64,000 nt of DNA from Cycas panzhihuaensis (taxonomy: Eukaryota; Plantae; Cycadophyta). Both the position numbers and the translations under genes were made by a program. This document shows, in pieces, positions 17,293 to 29,050 of the stretch (within the stretch, counting starts at the first letter, position 1; every line of letters begins with the position of its first letter). The notes below the pieces were generated by a model, which was not told the DNA's origin, searched no databases, and saw only the letters and a list, made by a program, of their open reading frames with translations. Location: contig CM041465.1 of NCBI GenBank assembly GCA_023213395.1, positions 72,547,741 to 72,611,740 on the forward strand. Reading direction: 5' to 3'.

Positions 17293-18035
17293 AACTCCCC
17301 CAAAAAGATTCATTAAATTTCTATATAAACCCTTATCTACATGGGACAAAGTGTTAAAAATTGTCGTTAATAACTTTTGGTTTGACATTATCTGATAGCT
17401 TATATAGGCATCTTGAAGACCATCATTCCTCTTCCTCCCTTCTTATTCCACTCAAATTTATAACAAATCATAGGAGGAGCACCACTGGGAATCTACCATC
17501 CAGTTAGCAATATTAGAGAAGAGGGGAGAAGATAACCATCAAACTACCACCACTAAATATTTTTATATAATCATTACATTTCATTGTCGTGCATTGTAAT
17601 CGTTCCTTTATCAATTAAATTTGCCTAAATTTCTATTAGTTGTTGCTTATTTTCTAAGCGTTATAATTAAGTTATTTGCTTGACCTTCTAAGAGACACAA
17701 TATTCCCTTTCATGTATAGTAATCTTTTTGTGTTTGTATAGTAGATATCTATTATCTACAAGACATGAACTTGTGTATCAAGGCCATATCAACCACCATC
17801 AAATTAACTAAGAGTACATTTCCCAATAGGTGACCTAACCTCTAATTAGATAAATACCCTTGTTTTACTACTTTCAAATTCCATTGTTGCTTGCATGCAT
17901 TTTCATTTCCTTATTCACTTACGTGCTTTCTCCTCCTTCCTCCCATGGACCCATCAATCCATTTAAATTATCATGTTCTTGAATAGTCGTTTTCTTTAAC
18001 TCTTTTGTCTATGTCTTCTTCCACATTCACTTTAT

Positions 18036-18295
18036 AAGAGCTATTAATGCTCACTCTAAAAGCTCTAACATCATCATTAGTATTCGCTTTATTAATATTA
18101 CTCGTTTGGCTCTTCTACAAGAGCCATTTTCTATATTAAACTCACTAGAGCTACTAAAGTTCACTCTAAAAGCTCTAGTGCTCTCAATAGCAATCACCTA
18201 ACCAAACGATTTTATTCCTTTGGCACCCTTCTAAGTACCTTCTTCCATATTAGGCTTAAAAGAGCTACCAAAGTTCATTCTGGAAACTCCAATAT
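18036..18295 (+). repeat. Degenerate ~110-bp tandem repeat, 3 copies
   Basis: AGAGCTA..AA.G.TCA.TCT..AA.CTC recurs at ~18037, ~18147 and ~18261. Confidence 0.7.
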
Positions 18296-18477
18296 AAATA
18301 AAACATTATTTCCAACACTATTTATTGTCCTTAAACATCTTCATATTACTTCATTAACCATTTTTTTACCACTTAAATACATTGTGCTTAGAATTATCCC
18401 AATGTGTACTTTATAATGCTCCATCTTTATTATAGCTAGGTCGGGTGCTAAGGCACACTGGTAGATATCTAACTTAC

Positions 18478-19520
18478 AGTGTTTTTAGTCCCAGATTCAA
18501 CCTTCACAAGGGGTTGTATGGGAGGACTAGATGAAAGCATGACAAACCCCGACAAACAGAAATTTGATTCCATCTGCTTAGTACATATCGTCAAAAAAAA
18601 AAAAATCTTTATTATGGCCATTACAATATATAACGTTATTTTCAACCAAAACATTATACAAAAAAAATCTATCAAATAAAATATCATGTTCTCCATACCA
18701 TAATGGTGAAAGAAAATACATCAAGACATAACATTCTCTTAAAATTTTTCATTCATACCATCTTAAAATGTGGATCATTATTTCCAACATAAGCAACTCC
18801 ACATATTTATATTCTTGCCCTTCTTAATCCCATTACCTTCTTACTATTCAACATATTATATTTTTTTTATTTTTAATTGTGTGCATATTTGAGCATCTAT
18901 CACATGTTTTTGGTCTTCCAAGTTGTACTTACTAGCCCAAGCAACATGTAAAAATGAATTATTGCTTCAAACAATCTATATAATTACATGCTCATTTAAA
19001 TTTAATAGTGAGAATCAATTAGCGACTTATGTATATTAGCTCTTATTTCTAGCTTGGTGTGTATTGACAAAAACAATCTATATAGTTGCACGACCATGTA
19101 AATTTAATAGTGAGAATAACTAAAAATAAAAAACTAATATGGATATGAAATAGATGCTCACTACTAAATTTTATTAATCTCACAATTTAAACAGAGTGTT
19201 TCAAGCAATATAATTGAATTATTTGTATCCAACACAAAAATCTTCCTTACTAGGCAACTAGATAAAAATATGAAGAAGAGCAAAATGTAACCATAAGAAG
19301 GGTAACTCTTCAAACTTTAAAGCTAGAGCGTAGTTTGAAGAAAATCTTTCTCAAACTCCAAATCCAACCTAAAAAGAAAGAAATTGTGAAAAAATTTTAG
19401 AAAAGAACAAATCTACCTGCCATAATCTCTATTGTATCTTCTTCAAATCCTTTCTCTTTCCATAGTAGTACATGTATTAAATAATTACCACAACACCACT
19501 CTCTTAATAATACTTTTCAT
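18478..19520 (-). pseudogene. Cluster of exon-like segments: possible multi-exon gene relic, product unknown
   Basis: Minus-strand donors (GTAAGT at 18477 and 18932, GTAAGG at 19250, GTAGAT at 19416) alternate with T-rich AG acceptors (18574, 18844, 19120, 19369). The 96-nt segment 18478-18573 is open (MESNFCLSGFVMLSSSPPIQPLVKVESGTKNT); the others contain stops. Confidence 0.45.
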
Positions 19521-19986
19521 GGTTAAATTTCATATAATAATTTGCACATAATAAAATCTCACTCATTTTTTATTTTATACATAATAAATTTAATTAACTA
19601 AATATAACACATTGTTATGTATGTATGTGTATATATATACAGTACTATTATAATATTATTATTATTAGAGACAAATCCTATATGATCACTAGCATGTGGG
19701 AAATGTGATATACAAAAGTAGACAAGTAGATCCTCAATCCAATGTAATATAAGATAAATAAATTCACATGATAAAATACAATATTAACTAGATGATAAAT
19801 CATAATATATATCTACTTAATAAAAGAGTAAAATATACTTCAAGTTCCAAGACTGAAGGCAAGAAGCCTAAATTTTGGGAAGTAGAAATATTTGATTCCC
19901 ATTAAAATACTTAGTGATCACTAATCTTAGACAAATAATAGTACAATCTAAAAATATATGAGTTGAATTTAGAACAAATCTTAGGG

Positions 19987-20830
19987 TGTTAGAATCATAA
20001 TGATCCTAAATTATTATTATTATTATTATTATTATTAAGTTAATATTTTTTAAAAATTATTATTATTATAAAGTCAACCCATAAAGTGGCTTATGTTAAC
20101 ACATATAAATAGGGGACACACTAATTTAATGATGTATGATTTATTATTACATTTTATAATTAGACTAATATATATTATTTCATCACTTTACTGCTTGAGA
20201 AACCATTAATCTACTATAGTTTACTATTTTATTTTTTTATTTAGACATTTATGTGATTAGATCTAAATTTGTTGAAGTATATCTATATTACTACTACTAT
20301 ATTATTGAATACTTGTTATTTATTACTAGATAATAATTTAGGTATGCTATATTTTGGTATTATAGCCACATAAGGTTGGATTCAAAGTGTGTGAACTTGT
20401 TCACCTTATCTGCAGGTTTATATAAGTGGGTATGTTGTAGTTTCATTGGTATAAGAGCATTACCCAAGTAGAGGAGAGGTTACTATTAGGGTTTTCAACC
20501 AGTAGAAGATGCCACTTACCATTAAAGAGTGTATTATGAGGAGGTGAATAAGCCATTCATTGATGATTGAAAAGAGGCCATCATGCATGGGATTATTTGT
20601 CATTATGAACATCTAATCATTGTATATTTGCATGATAGGGTCTTATACCACTATTATTTAATTGGTCTCCCCCATATTTTGATTATATGATCCACCATCT
20701 TTATGTTGGAAGATAAATCAGAGTGCAGAGTAGAGTAGGTATGTAATAATCATTCCATCTTGAGAAACACAAGTGAAAATATCATATTAATCAAGTCATT
20801 GTTAAAAGCATACATCAAATCTCCAATTGT
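19987..20830 (+). mobile_element. Decayed Gypsy J: 5' LTR (~19987-20351), PBS and gag relic; probably resumes at ~23430
   Basis: TGTTAG start, TATA-containing LTR, TGGTATTATAGCC PBS at 20355-20367. LTR homologous to 12125-12480. Confidence 0.6.
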
Positions 20831-20849
20831 TGGTGGTGTCTAAAGACAC

Positions 20850-23429
20850 CAGGGATGAATAATCCCAAAAATATATAGTTGTGAGGGAGGATGGAAACCT
20901 GCTTAACCTTCAAAATTTTAAAAATAATAAATAATATATAACTAAATATAAAATTAACCTTACCTAACTTACCTTAATATGTGTGCATTCATATGTTCAA
21001 AAGGTATGAGTGGGGTGATGAGTATTAACACTAGCAAACTCCCCCTTAATGTTCATCACCATCATTCTTCATTTGTCCTTGAATTTATGCTACCTATACT
21101 TAAAAATAACTTTTAAAATTTATTCTTTAGCTTGATAGTCAACATGCTTAATGTAATCAATAGCAAATTGCTTTGTCGTTCTTTCAACAAAATGTGTCTT
21201 TCTAATATTGTGTAATGAGAGTAGCTTCCAAGTAGGTGTTGTAAATGTAGCTTGATTTGAATGAATGGAAATAACTTTATTGTGATCTTTGACCTTCACT
21301 TGAGTTGAGATTATGATACATAACATCTTATCAAATGTGACATTAGAATCATTATTTTCATTGAAAACTATACTAGTACAAAAAACATTAGACTTTTCTT
21401 CATGTGATACATACTATATTATATGTCTCATAAGAAAAATGTTATCAATGTGGTTAATAATATTAAAATCTAGGGAATCTCTCCTATAAAGCAAATCTAA
21501 TGTATTTCATACTAATTTAGATGTAGTCATTTCTAAAAAATTAGAAAATACATTATCATCGATGCTACAAAATAAAAGTGCAAGGGTTTCATTGTCCTTT
21601 TTCAAGTCTTCTTTATTGTTTAGTTCGTATCTCTTCTTGATATACTTCTAAAGGTTATTTGAGATTAGGTATACTTTCATAATGGTCCTTAAAAATTAAA
21701 AATCATTACCATTAAGTACTAGAAAACTAATATTGTTTGAATTCATTTTCATTATATAAATTCTTTAGTACACAATTAATAATATGGATTTTAATGAATG
21801 AGTAATCTTCAAGTGAATGTACGATGAAAGACTTTATAAAGTTACAATGATTATAAGTAAAAGGTGATCAACATACTTTTCTTCTTTTATTCAAGAAATA
21901 AAAATAACTCAAAATAAATCTTTTAAGTAAGATAAAATATGAAGATTAAACTTTCATGAATTGAAAAACTTCCTTCAAATGAAAATGTGATACAAACTTT
22001 ATTCAAATCATAATAAAGGAAGTAAATAGATTAGTGATACTCCTCTTCTTCAAATAAACCAAGGAACATAAGCTAGTATGCAAACTAGTATCTTCAAATT
22101 GATATATTTATAGGAAAGACAAGAAACCATATGCTCCTTTTGAATGCAATATAATAAGAAATCCTTTAATGCTTTGAATGTCAACTAGCTTTTGAGACAA
22201 ATAATCAATGAAATTTTGTAACTAAACTTTGTAGCTTTCAAGTTAAAAAAGAAATTAAAGCCTTTGATTAAAAAATAAAATGATTTCTTATCTAATATGT
22301 AAGACAATATAAGTGCTAAATTATTCCTCTATAAAGCAAGAATAACTATATGAAGCTTGAAATTTATAAATAGAATATATAATTAAAGTGATTAAAAATA
22401 CCAAAAAAATGTATGTATTCATTTGATAATGAAGAAATGAAACAGATTCAATGTAGATAGTACTCATTTGATGATTTTGTAGCACATAGGTTACTTGAAG
22501 CTTTAGGTGCTAAAAATGATATCAATTGGCTGCAAAATAGATTAGAATATATACAAAAACTAATAATAACTCCAAAAATTGATTAGCAATAAACAATGCT
22601 TAAAATATAATCATTTTAAATAATGAAATACTCAAAAAAAATTATAAAACAAGTATGTCTATGACTGAACTGGAACCTCAACTTAATCAACTTTAAAAAC
22701 CTATAAAATGATGTCAAAATATAATAAAACTAATTCCAACTTGAAGTACTCTGAAATACCTTTCTAACAAATCTTGTGGTTTAAAAATCAAAGTTGAAAT
22801 GACAAAGTTATTGTAGAAAATATAAGCAGGTCTCTTTATGGCTAATAGAGTAACAACTGAAAAAAAAGGGTCAATTTGACCATTTAAAACTTAGCTGAAA
22901 CAAGTTCAAATTTAACAAGTAATAATACCACACTACAATGATCTAAAATATTGTCCTAATGAGACCAGTTTCACTAAAAATTGATGTGCTAATGACAAGT
23001 TACAATATTAAATATATCAGGGTCTCTTAAGGTAAAATATATAAAAAAAAAACTTAATAAAACAAATTAGCCCCTTTTAAAAGATAGGGTGCACGATCAT
23101 ATAGAGTAAATTTAAACCAAAACTCATATCTCTGTGAGGGTAGAAGACCTCCAACACTCAGCAAATGCTCATCTATGGTTGAAGGCACCCAAGGTCAAAA
23201 AAATATCTTTAAAAAGTCAAAAACAACCTCTTAATATGCTTGAAAGTTTAATAACCCCAAAAATATATAGTTGTGAGGGAGAAGGGAAACCTTCTCAACC
23301 TCCAAAATTTAAACAATAATAAAATAATATATAACTAAATATAAAGTTAACATTACCTAACTTACCTTAACATATGTACATTCACATGTGTAAAAGGTAG
23401 GAGTGGGGTGATGAGCATTAACCCTAACA
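20850..23429 (-). mobile_element. Internally deleted non-autonomous Copia K
   Basis: Direct repeats at ~20858-21036 and ~23250-23429 (AATAA.CCCAAAAATATATAGTTGTGAGGGAG...ATTAAC.CTA.CA). PPT complement AACTCCCCCTT at 21037. Gag start MNSNNISFLVLNGNDF near 21746. Left LTR edges uncertain. Confidence 0.78.
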
Positions 23430-24536
23430 TGTTGAAGTAGTCATCTATTGATTAAGAGCTTATCTAATGGAATGTAGTGTGTTTGATGTATCAAATTTTG
23501 ATTGCTTCTCCCCTATATGGATTCTATAATAATTATAACAAGAACAACAAAATGCTAAAATTACATAACTTTTGTTATACCCATCTAATTTTAATGATCT
23601 TACTACCCATTTAAAGGAAATTTTAGTGATCTTACCATCTTATTCTTGGTAATTATTGTATCTATTTACTTTGGAATGTAAAAATCTAATTTATATCCTC
23701 TTTTTTATTTTTTGAATTATTGGGTTAGGGTATTTTTGCCAATTATTGCATCTATTTACTTTAACATTTAAAAATCTAATTCATATCTTACATGTATTTC
23801 TTTGCTAAATTATTGGGTTGGGTCTACACTAAGGATCCTTATTCATCCAACTTTGGTAAGAAAGTTTGGGGGATGATATCTTCTCTAATATGTTTTTTAA
23901 AATATGATACATGGAATATATTATATATCCTATTGTCTAATAGGTTTTGAGCTAATCTACTACTCCATTGATCCTCGTTTGTACTTGTAATCATCTAGAT
24001 AACTTGGGTTGGAGTTTATGCTTATCAAATTTCTTCATGGAAGTTTGTTAATGAGGCTATAGTCTCATAAATACCTAATCACGCATCGTAAATTATCTTC
24101 TAAGTGACATAGATCATGATGCTATTTCATTTTATTCCTCATTATAAAGATGTCTTCTATTTCTTTTATTTATTGCTTTATAGTTAGGGCCTTAAACTAT
24201 GTAATAGTATGGATTATTAATGGTGGATTATGCCGATAAAATAATTTTAATGGTGACATTTAAATTTTCATGTGGTATATGATATTATACCATTATTCTA
24301 CCAAATATATCCACTTATGTCAATCTGACTTTTTATCTTATGTAAAACACCTAAGGTATCCTTCCAATATTTATTTGCTACTTCTATTTATCTATATATT
24401 TAAGGGTGTTATGTAATATTCATAACTAATTTAGCCCCCACTAAGTTGAATGTAGCTTTCTAGAAGTTATTAATAAATTTTGAATCATGATCACTCCCAA
24501 TAACATTAGAGAAACTAGGTAATTAATGAATTTCTT

Positions 24537-24616
24537 TATTGTGATCCTCCACCACATGAGGTTACTCTTATTGTAATTATCCCATATACATAAGTCCAAG
24601 AGATGGTAATTATATA

Positions 24617-24701
<85 letters not shown>

Positions 24702-26466
24702 TTATTTCTATTTCTCTATGATTATTAATTATAAGATTAGGTCTATAATAATTGGTATCAGAGCGGTGATTTGAGAGGTGTCATCAAATATTTAAAAGCA
24801 TATTCAGGAGAATAAATATTAAAATTTCTAAAAAGTAATGGCTAATTTGAGATGAAATGGCCCATCCTATAAATGTTTAGTGGTCACACTATAGATTTTG
24901 GGGTGAAAGTACAAAAATTACAGCAAAATTAATTTTGGCCTCCACTTTTGTCATCGTATTTCTAGGACAAATTTTCTATCTCAACTTTTGGCTACAAGTA
25001 TCCAAATGACCTCATTTTTTTTTAATTATGTATATTTTTTAATTTATTTTCTAATGGAAGTAGTTTGAAGTTAATTAGAATTTATAGTAGAAAGTTATTA
25101 ATATTTTACTAGTAAGTACTATTGTAGTCCCTAAAAAGCCTAATAGTAAAATTCTTAAAAGGTTCATAACTTTTGTTTTAGATATCAAAATTTAATTTCA
25201 TCTAAATCACTAGAATTATATTTTATAGGTTATGATTTTATGTATTTTTGAGCTATATTTTTTTCAAAAATAAAATTTTAAATTTAAGGGTTTCATATCA
25301 TAATTTTATTAGTCGTTTGTACTTTGGTCATAAAACCATTGTTCTTGAGGCCTAATATTTTTTTTAAATCAAAATTAGGGGATAACTAGCTATAAACACC
25401 CCCTAATCTCTCTTACATATATGTTATTATAGCTATGAAAAGGCCCATACCATACATCTTTAATGCAGATGAGACTCTTTCTATAGATAATTAGGTTACA
25501 GATATGCATGTATATTTATTATCACTTGATGATAAATACCACAAAAATAAAGAGACGACTAAAGTAGCCTTATTGTATCTATAAGGAAAGGCTTACCTTT
25601 AGTTTAAGGATTGGTATAGCATAGTTGGTCTATTTAATATATTTTATTAGCTAATAATAACTATTTGTATAAAATATAATGATTCTTGGTGGTAAGAAAT
25701 GTAAAGCCTTTAGCAAGATAAACATGGAGCTCATCAAATAATTCAGAGTTATAATCATAAGATGGAATAAGGAATTCTCCCTACTCTACAAAGTTAAGAA
25801 TAAAATAAAGATAATAAGGGAGGAAAGAAATGTCAAGAGTAAGTAATAGAAGTTGTTTGTCATCCCACACTATTAGTTACACCTAAGGATAAGGAAGAAA
25901 AGGCATCATCAATTGTTAAAAGATAAACTAAAGCAAGACCATATTAGCATCCACATTATCAAAAGACCCAGCACAATAAGACTTATTAAGCAAGGTTCTC
26001 ATCAACTACATACACTAGGCAAGCACAACATTTGAGCTTAAGGTTTCAACATTACAAATATCCAAAGCATATCAAAGGTGTATCAAAATCTACTTAGAAT
26101 TGATAAATCCTTATTTCATATGCAACTTTTCTAACAACCTTTATAAGAGTTATCAATTAAATAATAGTAAGAAGAGGTGGTTACATATATCATTATATCA
26201 AGATGCTTCAAGGTCAGAGCATTTTAGTGGGGAGTACATGTTATGATCCTCCACCATATGAGTTTACTCTTATTGTAATTATCCCACATGCATAAGTCCA
26301 AGAGATGAGTAGTCTTAGTAGCCCCATATATATGTATGTAATGTATGAGTGGGATCATCATTAAATATTTTATGATCTTATGTTAATGAATATTCTTTAG
26401 AACTTCATCTCCTTTATCTTCTATTTATCATTTTGTCTTTCTATTTATCTATGTTGAATGGTTACA
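24537..26466 (+). mobile_element. Small non-autonomous LTR element I (gag relic only)
   Basis: LTR repeats (GATCCTCCACCA.ATGAG.TTACTCTTATTGTAATTATCCC) near 24541 and 26244. Perfect PBS TGGTATCAGAGC at ~24752. PPT AGTGGGGAG at ~26226. VALLYL*GKAY gag relic near 25563. Right end approximate. Confidence 0.75.
24611..24696. repeat. (TA)n microsatellite inside the 5' LTR of element I
   Basis: Directly visible. Confidence 0.97.
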
Positions 26467-26718
26467 GGAATAAGTATATTATATCTTTTGGAAAGGTATA
26501 TATTACTTGGCTTGCCTTAAAAGTTGTTTGTATTCCCTTCAAATGTGCATACTTTATAAATCTATTAACAACCATAAATATTACATTTTTCTCCTCTGAG
26601 TTTAGCAAGTTAGTAATAATATCCATTGATATTTCTTTCTATTTTCTTTCAAGAATATATAATGGTTGAAGGAGACCTAGGATCTTAATTATCTCATATG
26701 TGTTTCTCTAGCAAGTGT

Positions 26719-27040
26719 TGTTAACTATTAGTGTTTATTTACAGCTCATAATCTTGGGTTATAAGCCTCCCCTTTAATATTTATATTATATTAGTGAATT
26801 TCATATTAATATAAGTGATGAGTTATTAGGGATTACAACTCTTACTTCATATGTGTCATTTAGTTAGGATTAACATTCTATTTTGGTGTTGTATTTATGT
26901 ATGCATAGTGCATTATAAATATTGTAATGAGAGAATATTATGGTTAAGATTGTGTTAATTAATTTAAAAGCAATTTTCATTTTTATTGATAGTTAATTCC
27001 TTGATTTTAGTTTATTCATTATATGCTTTGTTGTTTAGCA
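26719..27040 (+). repeat. 5' LTR of Copia A, followed by Met-tRNA PBS (27041-27051)
   Basis: TGTTAAC...TTAGCA then TGGTATCAAAG; homologous to 9317-9641. Confidence 0.9.
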
Positions 27041-28889
27041 TGGTATCAAAGAAATCTTAGGTGCAATATTAGTTGTATTTATTAATTATTGCATAGTCTT
27101 AAGGTTTATAACTATAGTTTAATGTTATAATTTGTAGGTGTTTAAGTCATGTACAATATTTGTAAAAATTATTGATTTTTATACTATCTTAAAGTCTAAC
27201 TTTTAGTTAGATGTTGTAAACATTGTTTATCAATTAAGTTATTTAGTTATTAAATAGGGTCAAAATTGCATATTATAGGGATTTCATTTGTAGGCTTAAA
27301 TATTTAATTTGATGTAGGAAAATACCTTATCTAATGAGCATTCTAGATAGCTTGTTACTTGCACACAAGTCTATCGCTTAATAGTAGAGCATTTGAAAGG
27401 AAGCCACCATGGGAAAATAGACATGCCATGTTAAAGTAGAAACCACCTAGGATTAACTCTAGGCACTGAAAAATAAAAAGATATATGGCATTATTATGGT
27501 AATATACTTTATTTTTTACATTGTATTGGATGGTTAAGAGGTGACAGCTAAATGATGTTTAAAAATCATTAAAAAGGTATTAAAAAGTATTTTTTATAAC
27601 CTTTGAAATAGAGATCTTTATCAAAGGTTAAATATTTATAAAGAATATTCTAAAATATAAATTTTATGATTTTAAAACTATACAAAACTCAAATATTTCT
27701 CCTAACGTAAATGTTAATCTGTAAATACAATCAATGAAGTGTTAAATAGATGGAAACCTATGAACATAAAGGTGAGGGTCAATTAGAAATCATCATGAAT
27801 TTTTCATTAATTTTTAATTGATTTATTGCTAGTTTCTACTATGAATTAATAAACAATAATGGTGATTACCATCTATGAGATTACCCACAAACATTTTTTA
27901 GCAAGGGATTTACACAATCATTACTATCATGACATAGGAAGATATTAGATGAAAAGGACCAAAAAATGCCTAAAGAAGAGGATGTTGCCAATGTAGCAGG
28001 GAAGAAACTACTCATCAAGATTCCATGGAGCAACGCAAGAGAATGAAGGAAGATGCCCACTAAAATACTATCAACAAAGAAAGATTAAAATGTCCATTTG
28101 AGGGCCATAATTTAAATTCAAGTTTGTAAATACTAAAGAGATGTCATTGGTGTAATAGTAGTTAGAAGGAAGAGATTGAAAGATGTTATAAAATAGGGCA
28201 TCCATAGTTGAAAAAGCATACATAGCTTATAAAACAGAGAAGGAAACCATATCTAAGAAGTTTCCCATATGCTAATGAAGGAGACAAAGGAGAAAGGAAT
28301 GATTTTGTCCATGAAATGGCCATTAGATATTATATACAAAGATATACAGGTGCATAGATTTGACATAATTAGTTAGATTCTCAAAGGAAATGCTCAAATG
28401 AGAGCAAAAATTAAATTTTTAAAAAGGCAAAGTGTTGATTGCATCTATAGAGGGAATATTCTGAGGGACTTTATTTATAATTTATTTTTCATTTAACAAA
28501 GTCTAAATGATATTAAATCATATTAGAATTTGATTTAAAGTCCATGACAAAGCCCCCTACCTACTAACCTACAGTCACATGGTCAATTGGGAGTTAGATC
28601 TATTACTAGCTAATTTGGTGCTAATTTTAAGAAATAAATACACCACGATGCCCATATTTTAAGATCTATAATCTAGTAATGGTTACAATAATTTTATATA
28701 ATTTTTTTATGAAAATTTTAATTTTGGTATTTTTTTGTATGATTCAGACTCCCTACAAGTATACCAAGGAAATAAAATCTCTATTACTATCAACTTGCAT
28801 ATAAATTGAAGACTTTTATAACTTTCTTACTTTATCTATTTGTTTGTTTATCTACTTTCCAATTATTTTCTATTTATTTTCTACTTAAA

Positions 28890-29050
28890 ATGGCTAGTGG
28901 AGGTAGTATAGTAGGTATAATCATTAAAAAACTAATAGGTTTTGAGAATTATTCTATTTGAAAGCATTATATGTTCAGTTTTTTCATTTGAATGGTCTTT
29001 AGAAGTATGTAGATAACTCTATAATGAAAAAAAACTATAGCAAAAATTAC
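28890..29050 (+). pseudogene. Copia A gag N-terminus (interrupted by B)
   Basis: MASGGSIVGIIIKKLIGFENYSI*KHYM matches the Copia gag KL.G.NY..W motif. Confidence 0.75.

Larger units (their letters stand above)
23560..26718 (-). pseudogene. Host Gypsy G, 3' portion (integrase core and C-terminus), interrupted by element I
   Basis: Minus strand GLLQPLYI...EISMDII...VVNRFIKYAH (26500-26718), SDHDSKFINNF (~24490), KLQPK and FHVS (~23910-24020). Confidence 0.8.

Noticed and set aside
17300-17900. LTR-like stretch with TATA and poly(A)-signal-like motifs
   Set aside because: No partner repeat, PBS, PPT or TSD identified.
18478-18573. Naming the open exon as an aspartic protease or neprosin gene
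   Set aside because: Similarity is limited to a few residues, and neighbouring segments do not supply catalytic motifs.
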